Origin: Daphnia carinata
Lineage: Eukaryota
Direction: 5' to 3'
Assembly: GCF_022539665.2 (NCBI RefSeq)
Contig: NC_081334.1
Span: forward strand, 2,232,001-2,296,000
DNA: 64,000 nucleotides
Each line of letters opens with the position of its first letter. Position 1 is the stretch's first letter. The notes beneath the pieces were generated by a model, which saw nothing but the letters and a program-made list of their open reading frames with translations, did not search any database and was not told where the DNA came from. The position numbers and the translations under genes were made by a program. Below, piece by piece: positions 1 through 38,657 of this stretch.

Positions 1-839
1 GGCGGCTGGTGCTCAGTCCGGTAAAGTCAGTAAATTAGCTGGAATTGGGTTGGGAACAGGCTTGCTGCGCAACGCCCTACCCGTTGAACCTCGGTAAATT
101 CAAAACCCACAATTTATTATTTTATTTATTCATCATTGTTTTTTTTGTCCTTTTGTCATGCCGTTTTCACAGAAAGCGTTATGTTTATTGTTTCCATGCG
201 CCTGAAGGTCCAGGACTTGATTGTCCGCTTACAGTAGATACGACAGGGTCGTACTTCAGGTAAACCTCCATAGAAACCTTTACTCCATCTGAAGAATACA
301 AAATAAAACTTTCGACAATGCAGACGAGAAGGCCTTGGAGGCCACTACGTAGCTGGAAAATCTCCTATTGCCAATGAAGAACCTGGAGTTTCTAATTTGG
401 ATGTGGATTACACTTTTTTTGATCAGCAAGTTTGGCCAGACGTAGCGCTGCGTGTTCCTGGGTTTGAAAACATAAAGGTATTAAGCTTGATTGGTTATTC
501 ATGTTGTTTGAGTGTTTTTTATTTATTTGTGGAAATATTTCTGATATTATCTGTAACGATGATATTCACTTTTTCCTCCTTTAGCTGAAGAGTGCATGGT
601 CTGGCTATTACGATTATAACACGTTTGATCAGAACGGTATAATCGGAATTCATCCATATCACACCAACTTTTTATTCGCTACCGGTTTCAGCGGTCATGG
701 ATTACAACAAGCGCCTGCTGTTGGAAGGGCTGTAATGGAACTTATTTTGGAGGGCAAGTTCCTCACGATTGATTTGTCTCGTTTTGGATTTGACAGAGTG
801 ATAACGAATCAACCAGTTTTCGAGCAAAACATTGTCTAG
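1..839 (+). CDS. FOXRED1: FAD-dependent oxidoreductase domain-containing protein 1 (complex I assembly factor), 3' part; 5' end lies outside the window
   Basis: Four exons (~1-93, 173-259, 324-477, 584-839) splice into ...[112 protein letters not shown], which matches the recognisable FOXRED1 C-terminus; stop TAG at 837-839. Confidence 0.93.
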
Positions 840-1356
840 TGTAAAATAATAAGTGACTGCATTGCAATTGAAGCACATCCTTTCACTTTATTGATTATTG
901 ATGGAATAATCAGGTATTTTCAGGAACCGCCATGCAAGTTTCAGTTGAATGCAGGTTGCCAATAGCAACCCGCTTTATTATTTACTAGCTTGACATATTC
1001 TCGATGACCGGGCAACTAATCTAAAAACAACGAATAATTTTTTTTAAATCGTCCTAAATGATCAGCTAAAAATATAATGTTAAAAGTTGTGCTTCTTTCG
1101 TCTGAGAACAAAAAAAAGGAAATTCTAGCCGGAGAAGTTCACCAAATAATAGAAAATGTTTTATGAATCAACGTTTCCGTGTATTAGCTACATTGCTAAT
1201 TATGTGGGTCCATCGTTCATAGAGTTCTTTTGATAGGAATTCGAATATGCGAACAATGTTTTTTAGAGTTGGCAGGTAATCATTCATCTGATTTGCAAGA
1301 ACTATAACCTACAACTAGTCCAGAAATGCATCATTTAAACGCCATGGAAGGCTATT

Positions 1357-4105
1357 TTACATTTTAACTCGATTTTCTTTTGCCCAATTGGTTATGACTC
1401 TCAAAATATGATCCATCTGGGGGTCAGGAGATCCACGCATTAAATTGACAACTTCACTTAAAGCCTCCCTTCACGTGGGCCAAAGACGAAATGAGAATAT
1501 TATCTTTTCACGAAGAAACTGTATACGAAGAAGATTACCTATGCTCTCGCCCTGCCAAAACCATTTGAAGTAAACCTACGCACGCACCACGTTTTGCAGC
1601 TGCGTGTTCTGGATTCGGATCATATTTGTCCAAAATATCGAACGCTTTTGCTGCCACGTAAAACTGCCCAGTACGGTAACAATCATTAGCCAGTAAGTGA
1701 AGAATTCCTGAGAACAAGAATGAATCCATTTCGTTATTCATAGGAAATTTTCGGCTTTAGATTTACAAACCCAAAGATTCTGCAGATGTTTCCATTCTGG
1801 AGTATATCTCCCAGGCCTGAACAGCTTTGCGGTTCATCACCACTAAGAAACGAAACCGTTTAGTAACGCGGATTTAACTTTTCTTCTGTCTTAATTCGTC
1901 AGATGCTTACGGCATCGTGTTAAACACTCGATATAGTTGTACTCGCTCCGGTACTTTGCGCTCTGGATGGTAACAAGTTCCTCTTCTGCTTCTTTGTAGT
2001 GTCCTAATATTGTTTGCACCTGCAAATGAACACCTTGTTGTGTTATTCAAAAAGAGACAGCAAGGTTAAAATATGAAATATACCTGTGCCAAATTGAACT
2101 TGAAAGTATCGTCATTACTCAGATATGATTTGATTGAATTGAAGTACAACAAGACGTCCTATAAATTTCCGTTTTCAATTTTGTGTTTATCATTTAACAT
2201 ACGAAAGTATTTCTTACTTTACCTCGTATTGACGTTGAAGGAAAAAGGCTGAAGCGACACACTGACGTCCTGTTAAGTGAATGTTTTATCTTTAATTCTC
2301 TTTTCCAATGGTAGTGGCAACAAAGAAATTTGTCGTTACGACACCCACCATCTTACCAGGTATTGTGTCACACTCACTCGCGCTACCTCCAACGAGATGC
2401 AAATATTGGATTGCTGTATCCAAGTACTCTTTCTAAAGCAAAAGAAAAAAAAAAAAAGAAGTGAAAGTTTTTTTTTCTTTTACCGTAACTCATTTCCTTG
2501 ATTGTACTTTACGTTATTTGTTTCCTGTCCAATAAGTGCATACACGATTCCCTTCAAAATGTACTCGGCCGGCAGGCTTGGATTGACGTCTTGCATTAAA
2601 TCGAAAGCTTCCTTTGTTTCATCCTTTTGTGTAGAAAAACAAATTTTATTTTTGTTTCTTCATAAGTTTGGTACTCCTGTACTGTTCCGGGATTTCGTTT
2701 CTATTATAGATTAAGCTCATATAATAAACATACTTGTCGTAAGTAGTAAATGATCAAGTTAAGTTTGGCCTCTGGAATGACGTCAACTAATGGTGGTAGC
2801 ACTTGAAGAGCTCCATCTCCGTTTCGGAAAATGACGAGATTGTGATTCAATAAATCTTTACCGAACGGACAATTGACTTGAGCCTCCTATTTCAATTGAA
2901 ATTGTTATAATAATGAAATTCAGTTTTTTCTGAAAATAAAATGTGAATACACTCACCAACAGCGGACGAATCTCAGATTCGGCGCTGCGGCCATTATACA
3001 GTCGGTAAATGTTGCAAGCTTTCAGATTAATAGCGATTAGCGAATCCGCATTTTTTTGTAGATAAACGGACAGTACTTCTTGAGAAACATCGTAGAAATC
3101 CAGTTTGTAGTAGCACAGGGCAATATCTAAATAAGATAAATTATATCGTTATTCACTGTTGAAGAAAATTCTGTATCGCATCAGTGATGTAGTCATAAAC
3201 TTTTTCGAAATGTTTGTAGTTATCATTGTAATGAAATTGAAACTGTTGTATATTACAGACATGAAGGGCCATGAGATCCTTGTTTTGTAAAACAAGTCGC
3301 TTGTAGATGTCGATTGCTTCTTGGTAGTTGGTGCGTAAAAAGTGAACAGCCGCCAAAGACAGTTGGTCTTCAGCAACATCACGTAGTTGCCTATGGAACT
3401 CTAAGACGCTTACTTCATCACCGGTTTTGTGAGCCAAATGAAACGAAAGTCTAACCTAATTTTCCAACAATAGCTTACACTTTTAGGCAAATAAAAGCTA
3501 GAGAATGTGAGGCATGGATAAATCGAAAATTAGTCGAAAAATCTTTTACCTGCAATGGACATTTTGGTGATTTGAGAACTAATTCGCGCGATTCTTGATA
3601 CATCCCTAAATAGAAATAGCAGCAAGCGGCGTAAAGCGGGTTGTTCATTGCCTCGTACTGCAAAAGGGCCTGCTTGTAGTTGCCACGATGAAATTCGCAG
3701 TATACTAACCACAAATCTGTTTCCGTGCTAGCATTTTCGTTTAGTTTTTGATACTTTGACAAATTGTATCGCCATTTTAGCGTTCCGTCGTTTTAGTCAA
3801 AATCATAAAACAGAATTTCATCAGTTTACCTCTAATAGAGTAATAGCTCCTTGGAAATCCCTGTGTTTTGACACACAAAAATAAAATACCAATAACATTA
3901 GTTTGATTGATTAAGTTTTTCGTTATGGTAAGTCTTAAAAACTAAAATATTTCCTTCATTGCCATTCATTTCTGATTGAAACTAAAACAAAATATTTTCT
4001 TTCAATAGATTCTACCAGCTTTAGTTTTCCAAAGAAATACAGTTTTCCGTACCGATTTTCGATGAATTTAGTGACTGATGGCACTTCCTGAGGTGACACT
4101 GCCAT
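1357..4105 (-). CDS. TTC26: Intraflagellar transport protein 56 / tetratricopeptide repeat protein 26 (multi-exon)
   Basis: Spliced minus-strand peptides include [65 protein letters not shown] and [35 protein letters not shown], all hallmark TTC26 motifs. Probable ATG at 4103-4105, stop at 1357-1359; many short GT-AG introns. Confidence 0.93.
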
Positions 4106-4149
4106 TCGTTGGGCTTTGGTAATTTCACTTAGATTCACTAAGGAATGGT

Positions 4150-4900
4150 TGTTGTTACTTGCTGCAGGTTTTGTTCGTGACAGCAGCTAAACAATTGGCA
4201 AATGAATAAAAATAAAATTGCATTTCATTTTCTAAAAGCTTACCATTTTCTTTCTCGTTTTCGATTCGCCTTCTAGTAAAATGTTCTGTTATTGAATAGT
4301 TTTCTGGTTTTTGTTGTGATTGCGCCAAACAAATTGAAAAAGCGCAGGGATAGGTTGCTAGGCAACTACAAGGCTCAACAGTATCATACGTAGAGATGTA
4401 TAGACCAGACTGGTTATTCACTATCGAAGTATCATAGATTTTACGAATAGGACGCCATCTGTTGGGAAAGGATGGCATGATACTTAAATGAAAATGGAAT
4501 TTTAAATAGATCTAACCACTAATAGTTTTGACGCAAATATGGCGTTCTATTCAAAGAAAACATATGCAAACCAATGTCTGCAATATTATTCGAAGACAGT
4601 AAAGCAAAAATCCATATGCTACCATTGCCACTCTGTATATCCCTTCTGCCATGGAAGCCAGTTGAATTTCTGAAGCGAAATAAAAGCCTAATAATATTGA
4701 AAACAGCTATTGGTCAATCCGCCTTGTTTTCAATAAGAGGAAACGACATTTACGGAAAATCAAATCAAAAGCAGATGGCAGGTAAGTAGCAGATGAAATA
4801 AAATATTTGTCAACACGTGACAACCCTGTATTCTGCTTTTTTTTTTTCTCTAGAGGTTTTGCTTGCACCCAGTCTTTTTCACGTGAAACCGTTTGGGAAA
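4150..4900. promoter_or_regulatory. Short divergent promoter region shared by TTC26 (-) and RPL38 (+), with a TCT-like pyrimidine start for RPL38
   Basis: The two genes are head-to-head. 'agtctttttc' at ~4871 precedes a GTAAGT donor at 4902, as expected for a ribosomal-protein TCT initiator. GCCATCT/AGATGGC motifs occur at ~4454 and ~4773. Confidence 0.55.
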
Positions 4901-5112
4901 AGTAAGTCGTTGCTTAGTTTGTTTCATCTCTTTTTATCTGTCTTCATCTCATCTTTGGTACAACAAATTCACTCACCAAATTATATATTCGATGACAAAT
5001 TTTTCGATGTCATTTTAAAGGAATATTGTGTTCTATCCCAACATAATTCTTATTTTATTTTAACAGGGCAGAGACTTGTCACCAAGTCAGTTCATACTAT
5101 CAACCTCCCAAA

Positions 5113-5498
5113 ATGGTAAGTTAGAAAATATATATGCTTCTTTAATCTGTATTACGTGAAAGAATTTAACGTATGCGTGACATGATGCTGAAGCCAACAT
5201 TCAATTGTTTTTGTTCCATCTTTTTAGCCCAAACAAATCATGGAGATCAAAGACTTCTTGTTGAAGGCCCGAAGGAAGGATGCCAAGTCTGTCAAGATAA
5301 AGAAGAATGCTGAGAACACCAAATTTAAAGTGCGCTGCTCGCGGTTTCTTTACACCTTGGTCATCACTGACAAAGAGAAGGCCGAGAAGTTGAAGCAATC
5401 ACTCCCTCCTGGTAAGAATTGTAATCCAAACATGTTCACTACTGAAATTGACAACTATTGATTTAATTTTAGGTCTTCAGGTCAAGGAACTCAAGTGA
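5113..5498 (+). CDS. RPL38: 60S ribosomal protein L38
   Basis: Coding exons 5113-5115 (ATG), 5228-5411 and 5473-5498 give [73 protein letters not shown] follows at ~5521. Confidence 0.98.
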
Positions 5499-6233
5499 TT
5501 CTCATATTTGTTGGAAGATCAATAAATAAGAGGTTTCTCACAGTCGTTTTAGTATGATTACTTCTTTCATCGTACCCAAAGTGGTCTAGTTAATTGAGAT
5601 GGTTCCCGCTGAAGTTTATCTCAAGCTTAACTGGCAGAACAATTTGCTCAAATAGCAATAATAGTTGAAACAAGTGTCGAACACTTAGTAAATCTCACCA
5701 TCGTCTAGAAAAAAAAAGGCTTGCAAAACAATGGAATGCATGAAAAATATTTTCAGGGTTTTAATTGAACTAACATTCAGAGGTATTAACTATGGCTCAT
5801 CGTAAAATAACCTTAATGTGCTAATTGCTGTGTGCACAAGTTAAACTATCAGTTTGGTGCTATTTGAAAACCTCTCGACTTGAATCCTACTGATAAACAA
5901 GTTATGGTTTAGGTTTGATATTGTAATTCCCAACCTAGGTTATATATCAATTGTCGCCTGTTCAAAGAGTTTTACTGTGACAAAGGAAGTTTGGTATAAA
6001 TGCAAAGTTTACATTGCTCATAAGTAAGCTTTTTATTTTGTAAAATACGTTGTATTGTTTATTCTGATAAATTCGGTTTGCTTACAAAGATGAAAAAAGT
6101 AGACTGCCTCGCATCTCGTTAGCTCTATATTGTATTTCTTAAGTAAATCACCAGACGACAAAGTTAAAGAAATTTACGTCAAAACGGGTGTATTACCATT
6201 TAGGCCCATTGTTATATAATCTATTTAAATAAA

Positions 6234-7062
6234 TCATTTTAATGTTGGTGGTTGTTGTCCAAACAAGCCTCCACTTTGTTTACTTGCAGCTCTGGAAGGT
6301 GCAAATCCAAGAAGTTTTTGGATATTTTGCCTAATGGACATGGTGCATCTAATAGCAAAACAAATCAAGATATATGACTTTTCTTGCCATTAAAACCTAT
6401 TATACTTACAATATGTAAAGGAAAATAAAGCTGCAGTCAGTGTAATCCTCTCCAGATAAATTCCTGTGAGAGAGCCCTTGCACCCATGAGATTGGTGTGA
6501 AGGGTAATTTAGCAACAACTCTACCATCAAATCTGAAACGCAAAAATATTTTGATTAATTAGATGGATGGTTCTATGATGAAAGCAACACATTTTCACAG
6601 CTTTTGGTTACATAGAGTTAAACATTCCCAGAAGAGCTGTAAATGCAAAACCAATAGCCAGCATTGATTTCATTTTCACCAAAGACAGATCACGGTTGTT
6701 GTTTTTCAGTTTCTCTTCTTCCCTGTCAATTTTTTTTTTGAATCCCTTGTCCAAAGCATCAGAATGGGTTTCTTTGATTTTTTCAACTAAGCAAAATACA
6801 GAAGTGCAAATTAATAGTGAATTGACTTCCTGCATTTTTTCATGAGTTGAACAGCTTACGTTTTTTGCTCTGCCTATCTATCTCAGCCTTCAGCCTTTGG
6901 TATTTTTCCGTTTTGTAGACTAAAAGCCAAGTAACGCCTGAAGTAATGAACAACAAGTATTTCAGGTCACGATAAAGTTAAACTCACAGATGAATCTATA
7001 CCTTCGCCTAAAAGGGCGGTGAAAACTGATATTCCAACAATTAAAAGAGTGTCGGCCCACAT
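6234..7062 (-). CDS. TMCO1: Transmembrane and coiled-coil domain protein 1 (ER Ca2+ load-activated channel / GEL complex subunit)
   Basis: Five exons splice into MWADTLLIVGISVFTALLGEG/VTWLLVYKTEKYQRLKAEIDRQSKK/..EEKLKNNNRDLSLVKMKSM..FTALLGMFNS/IFDGRVVAKLPFTPISWVQGLSHRNL.GEDYTDCSFIFLYIL/CTMSIRQNIQKLLGFAPSRAASKQ..*. Confidence 0.97.
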
Positions 7063-8618
7063 CTTGGAAAGAGTATTAAGGTAATTGCAACTTGATTGTT
7101 CTGGACAGCAATTTTCTTCAACAGCACTTTGTCCAGCAGCGTTAATTAGATTTGCCGATTGCCTGATGCCGGCGTTGATGTCCAGTTAAAGGGATTAGCA
7201 GTCGATGTTGACTTTCCAACGGAGCTAGCCATCTAGCGGCTGTTAATATTGACACTACCAAGAAGTGCGCGATTGACACGAGCAGACAGTTAAAAAATAA
7301 AAAATTCTTTCACATTACTTTGGAAGATTGATTTAGACTAGAGTTGGTCATAAAGTAACTTCATTTAGTGTTCTGTTGAAAATCAGTTTCAAAATCGGCA
7401 TCTCAGTTCATTTCCAGGTTCGTTTATTATGTTGTTTATTATATTTTCTTTTTTTTGTTTTCTTGTGACGTTTTCTCATAAAACCGGAACAAATGAAACG
7501 CAAATGGAATGAAGAATGAGGGCTGCGTACTGGTTAGGCGATAGAGATATTCCAAGCACATAACCAAGTTTGTACTCTGGGTTGTGTTACCACGTGCTGA
7601 ATTTTACCGAACCGCAATGGCAGAGCATCTATAGCTTATCTATATGGCTCCTCTATGTAAGTTGAGTTGTTGTTCATTATCAGGCAAACACACACTTGGC
7701 TGGGGGGGACAATCTAGATAGGAAATGATCCCGTTGTTGCAATGACTTGGATGTTATGGCACTGTCATGGCAATGATTTTTTATCAGACAATGTGTTGCT
7801 GTGTTTACAGCAGCAACATGCAAAACGTACACCACTTTGTGAAATCTGATGGGACACAATGTAAATTGTAGACAAAGAATTGTTCCACAATCTTTGTTTG
7901 GTCTCTGCCACTTTTTTGGAGCCCTAGTAGTATTACGTGCCACAGAACATGTACCTGTAAAACAACATCAAGCCAGTAGAAGAGAAATAAGTTGGAAGAG
8001 TTGGTATGAGGAAGGTAGTTTTGCCTCCCTCCAGAGAGGAAGTTAGACCAACTGACTTTTTCATTTCGTACCCGAGTCGGTGGTGGGTCCACTTGGCAGC
8101 GGTATCACATTTAATGCTCTCCTCTCAACCGCGAAGTAGCGTCTCGTTATTCGTCTAGCACGACAAGTCTAATACCGATTTCGAGGCTAGAGTTCTATTC
8201 GGAATTGGGCGCCCTTTCCAGTCCAGTCCACTCAATTCCACTGGTTCTCGTTGCACTTCAATTTGTATGTATCGACCCTTCTGTCGAATTGTGCCATCGA
8301 TCTCAACCATCCGTGACTATCCTATCCCTGGCAATTTAATCAACTTCGTCTTCATTTGGTATTGGGTAGAATTGCCACAATAGCACACACTTATATGACG
8401 ATGGCGTTGAACGATCTGCTTGGCTGCTGTTCAAACATTGATTACTTATAACCCATTTCCAGGCGTCCAACAAATTGTGTACGAGATGTGGCCAATCAAA
8501 TGATTCGTGGAATTATTGACAAAGAGAAAGTGGACACTACGTAATCTTATCGAGATAAATGTCGCATTCCTTGTTGGCTTAACTGGAACACGATTGTACT
8601 GGGCCCACTCGGATCTTG

Positions 8619-8655
<37 letters not shown>

Positions 8656-9068
8656 CTGTTTGCGTTACGTGCGTGTGTGTGTGTGCGCGCGCGCGCGCAA
8701 GCACACACAGACATCCGGCTTTATAGGTTGCCATTTCCTATTCTCATGTTGCCTTGGCTTTTCCCTGTCTCTGCCCAGTTGCACGACATCTAGAAAGATA
8801 TTAAGTATACGTGGCTGGCGTCTCACTTTGCTGAATCAATCAGAGCCCATTTGTCATTCAAAACTTGCCTGCTTTGCTTTTTACATGATTTGCAGGATAT
8901 ATCTATATAAAAAAGGGAATAGGAAATGGAAAACTGTAAAAGACATTGTTGGACTGCTGCGTCGTTCAGTCAAAGGGGGGGGGGGGTAGGGTCATCGGAA
9001 TTGAGTTTTCTCCGACCGGTTTGCCAACGATCAATACCTTCCAGACCCCCCCCTCTCCTTTCTCCTTC

Positions 9069-9100
<32 letters not shown>

Positions 9101-10380
9101 ATACGCACATAAAGAGACCCACATTGGAGTATGTGTCGATCAAGGCCCTGTTGACGTTCCAGAATCACATCCAGATTGTCGGGGAGTCTGGCGAACTCTT
9201 CTTTCATCGTCTATAGGAACAAAGAAAAGAACGAAGATGTTGTCTTCGTCTGTCGATAATTTCAAAAAACAAAAACGAATGCAGGGGTTTATTTTTGTAT
9301 CCTTTCAAGCTCGTTATTTCGGACTAAAGGGAATATCATTGATTACCGTCAATGTCGTCGTTTGTTTTTGTTGATCAATGTTTTTTTTTTTTTGTGTGTG
9401 TGTGTTGTTGTTTTATTTGTATGGCTGGTTTGTTTGTTGTGATGGTGCGTGACCAGCCATGTCTGGAGAAGAAGGTGGGGTAAGGGGGGTGGGGTGGATT
9501 TAGGTGAAGCCGGATCGGAGGATTCCCGATCGGTTGATATCCTGACATTGGCTGTGCTAGGAGCCGTTGTCTTTTACGGCGAGGAGGGGGGGGGGGGGGT
9601 AACAAAACTGGCAGCGAAGGAACACGAAAAAGAAGTAGGAGGAGTAGCAAATGGGGTGGCAAAAGAGAGGCGGGAGCAGGTGATGCGCTTGCGTTCTCTT
9701 ACGCTCTCCGTGCGGGATGTTACATACTAGCACGCTAGGACGAATAAAATCCTCAGGACGGATGTCAACATCGTACCTGTACTCTCCGGGAAGCCATCGT
9801 CGTCGGATTGCTCTTTATTTTTTTATTTTCTGTTTGGGTTTCGTCTTACGTCGTTTCAGTTGTTCAGCGTCTCGAGACCGAAGGCGAACAAGAAGAAACA
9901 TTTTTTGATTTGATTTGATTCGATTTTTTTTAAAGATCCATTTCTATTTATTTAAGGCTACATGTAAAGGTAGGCAGTCGACTCAAAAACGCGAAATCCT
10001 TCCGTCTATCACTGTTGAATTGGTTTAGTTTTTTTTTTTCAAAATCTATGCGTGATGTCGTTAAAGGGCTGGAATGCCTGTTGAGTTTAAAATGAAAATC
10101 CATTTACGTGATCCATCAAACGTACAGACAGGACAATTCGTTGGCTCTTTAATCTGTTTTCATGTTGTCAACGTCAACGAACTAATTTATCGTTTTCTTT
10201 TGTGTAACCCAATTTTCTTGTAGAAAGCCTGGTAGCTGGATCGAATGGGTATTCCAAGTGGATTGGAGGCGCGCGGAAGAACAGAGGTGTAAAGGAAGTT
10301 GGGCGTCGGAGGTGTCGAACGACAAACGGAGACCATTTTTGCCGTGTGTTTTTGTGTGTGCAACAAAGGCCCCAGACGTC

Positions 10381-34970
<24,590 letters not shown>

Positions 34971-37900
34971 AAGGCGTTCACTTGGTTGTTGATTGTACTC
35001 TTAAATCTCTCTCTCTCTCTCTCTTTCTCTCTCTGTCTCTATCTATCTGTTCTCACTCACACACTCACAGACATACACACATACACACACACTCATCCCT
35101 CACGTAAACACCAATGTAACACAAGACCTTCCCCGTTTGTTTTTGAATTCCCTTCCCCTTTCTACCTCCTCCCTTTATCTGCCCCACCTTCCGTAACCTG
35201 CATCACTTATCCCTCGCGCCAAAATAAATATCTTAGCTCTATATATATATATATTCTAACCAATGATAGAAGAAGAAAAAACAAAAAAAGAAAAACAAAG
35301 AAAAAAAAAAAGAAAAAGCACATCAAGATATTTATCTTGTATTGTTGTTCGTTAGTGAGAGCGGTTTCGTTGCGATTCGCTCTGTACGTCATTTTTTTTT
35401 AAGAAACCGTGTGCGTGTTAATAAATACAGCTCTAGAATGAGAGCCGAATCGGCGCCCAACCTGCCCGTCTTTTTTTTTTTTTTTTATTTCTTTTTTTGT
35501 ACAGATGACATTCTAACATAAAACTTCCTTCTTTCCACCCTCTTTATCTCAATTCTTTTCTTTTTGACGGGCTAAAAACAGAAAGGGTTGGGTCCGTCTA
35601 AAAGAAAAGTGAAACCCCTCCTCAACTTCCAACGTCCATCAAAAACAGGTTGTTCTACCTTTATTTACACGTTATTAGATTTGTTTTCCCAGTTGATGCG
35701 ATTGGCAAAGTGAAACAAGAAAAACAGAGATTGAAAAATCATTTTGCATCCGCAGCCCGTAACCTTGTAGCCGGCCACAAAGTATGCATCCCCCATCGAA
35801 ACAGTGTTGAGAAACAAAAGAAACGAGGCGTTGAAACAAACAAAAAAAAAAAGGTCGTTGTTGGTATAATGTTGATGTCATCTAATTGTTTGGTTGCGTA
35901 TATATATATATCTCTTCTGTATAAGCAATACACACACAACATGGCTTTCACAATCAAAACATGGGCTTATCTTCGATTTCGAAATGTAGGCAACGTGAGA
36001 TCGACTTGCGTGAGGCCATGTGTCATAATTAAAAACTGTTATCTTTTGACTGGTGCCCCCGTTAAGCCTTTCACACTAGCATGTTTTATTGAGTTGTTGA
36101 CAACATTTTAGACGATAGGCGCAATGGTTAAGACGACAATGATACGTTATACGACGGTGCTTATAGGCTGGCCGTAAAATAAAAAGGCTCAAGTTGTAGC
36201 CATATTTGTATTGGCATTGGATTAAGATATTTTGAAAGAAAAGGTAAACTGACGTGCAATATATTCTTGTCATATCTGAATGACGCAAATAATTTAATCC
36301 TCAATAACCAATATTTTTATATACTTTTGACGCACATCAAATCATTGATATCTGTTCACGTGTTCTTACCGTGGGGGGCCCTCAGTTTGAACGGCAAGGA
36401 CAACAAACTCTATCACCCACATGGCAAGTTGATCGCGTTCATCGAAGATAAAGATCAACAAATGGATTAGCTGGATTTAGGTGCGTATGTACAGTATCGA
36501 TTGCAATTGATTGTTTGAAGTTGGCCGAGTACGAGCGTCATATATACATTCACCGGTACAAAGTCACAACAACGTCGTTGCGCACACCTTGCCGGTCAGG
36601 TAAAATTACAATTTCATGAACCATGTCCGATTATCAACTAGGAAAAAAGGTAAACTTTGCAATTCCAGAACGCACGTAGGCATATGAACAAGCTTTAGTT
36701 TTAATTTTTTTTTTTTTTAAATTGTATTCAAGTTTTATCCACGACGAGGAGACGAAGAATCAAACAAACGGTAAGCTGCAAATGAAAGCGGAAAGTTTGA
36801 CCATAAGACGAGCTGGCCTACTTTTGCTTACTTAGCTATTTAACCTCTTCAACGTTATCGGTGCCAATGCAAATCAGAGAAAGATAAACTCCAGTTTTAA
36901 TAATGTCATGGCCATTAAGTCGAGCAGGGTAGGAAAACAGCTATTGAACGAAAATAAAATCAAAACTGATTTGGTCTACAGTCTATACTATCCCTACAGG
37001 TAAGGTTTTCTTGTATTGACCTGAAAAAATGTCCAGCCGTGCAGGACCTCCAATATAGACGAAATTTTGTTGAAGCAAAACGATTAAGATTTATACTTGA
37101 ATGGAAATGAGTTTGAACGGAATTGTATTTGTTTTCATTATATTTTAGCTACTACCAAATGGTAAGTTTTTTTTTAATGATTCCATTCGTTGTAAAAAAA
37201 AAATTTAATATGTATTGAAATTGATAATTGTAAAATCGTATTTTCTCCTATGGAATAGGAAACATTACGCATTTACGGTTACATGGTTTGTTTTAGATAG
37301 CTCTTTTTTCTTATGGAAAATTTTTTTTTTTTTAAGGTTGAAAATTTTGTATTAACCGTCATCTATCGATGGATGTAAAAAGCTCACGTTTTATCCGAAT
37401 GTCCTCGGCCTTGTAATGTAGGGAGCTCAAACATCAAAACTAGCGTAAAATAAATAAGTAATATAATAACTACTTTAATTTTGGATTTAAACCCTTGAAG
37501 AATTCTGTATTACGTTGTTGGTAAAAGGATGAAAAAAAAAACAGATTTACATTAAACAATGTGTACTGAATCGTTGTTATTGAACTACATTTTATTTGAC
37601 TCAATAAAGGGCTGGCATACAGAGCCCAGGGGAGAAATGTTTGAGGAGGGGAATTCTATGAATGGTGACGATGATCCGTTGAAGTTTGAAGTAGTGAAGA
37701 CTGAAGAATGTAAAATAGCTTTATAAAAAAAAAGGTACGTTCATTGCCGGTATTGCAACGGGGTGAAGAGAGATACCAGTTAGAGGGGTGGGATACAATG
37801 GAAAGTAGGCGGGAAAGGTTAAAAGCCACCAGTGAGCATACCAACTACTAAAATGCTTAAAAGAACAAAAAGGCTACTGCTCTCGTATTATCAAACTTGT

Positions 37901-38657
37901 AAAATATTTATTTCAAAATATCATATTCTTTATTTCAACATCTAAAAATAACGAAGGAAGCCGCGTAAACTGGCGAAGATGGATGCCTTGATCAACTGCT
38001 TCTTCACAGATTTACCGTGCTCGGCGCGTACGGCAACTGAGAATCTTAACATAAGTCTGGCAACGCTTTTATCACATAGCATATCGCTATGGTTCTGTCT
38101 TCGGCTTCACCATTCGTGTGAACACATAATTTCTTTGATGCTGATCCTCGTGTAAAAATTTTTTCCTTCTTCACGCTCATTGTGAAAACGAAATGTCCGC
38201 TTCATTTTAGTGCTAGCTTTTTCCAATTTTAAATCCTTTATTTGATTAGTTTGTTTTTGTCCAGCCGTGCTGACGGAATATTTTCAAAAAAGCATTTTAA
38301 AAAGTCTGCCCTTGTTCCAAAAACACTGTATACTACCATCGAGCCCTCGCCCATATCATTAAAAGAATTTTCACAAATTTCAATTACATCTTTCGCCTAG
38401 TGCCGTAATTTTTCGTTTGCACTTGAAACTGGAGTTTCGTTAACGGTATGTAAACTCAATTTTTATATTGTTTTCAGTAATGTGAAAAGGGTTGCAGACA
38501 ATTAACAACATTGTTTCTTCTTTCTGGCAGATGAGATGACTAGTGTTTAATTGGAGATATGAGTTGTTGCCTAGGCAGCTGTGTTTTTGTTTCCAAGTAA
38601 TAGCTCGGCTTATCCATCTCTAGCTTGCACAGCAGTCTGAAAATCTTCAGAAGTTAT

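Noticed and set aside
4902..5227. Intronic snoRNA in RPL38
   Set aside because: ATGATG/CTGA-like boxes at ~5182-5192 are adjacent with no guide region or terminal stem.
7680..8092. Overlapping Cys-rich ORFs near the TMCO1/OXR1 promoter
   Set aside because: No recognisable domain or consistent exon chain.
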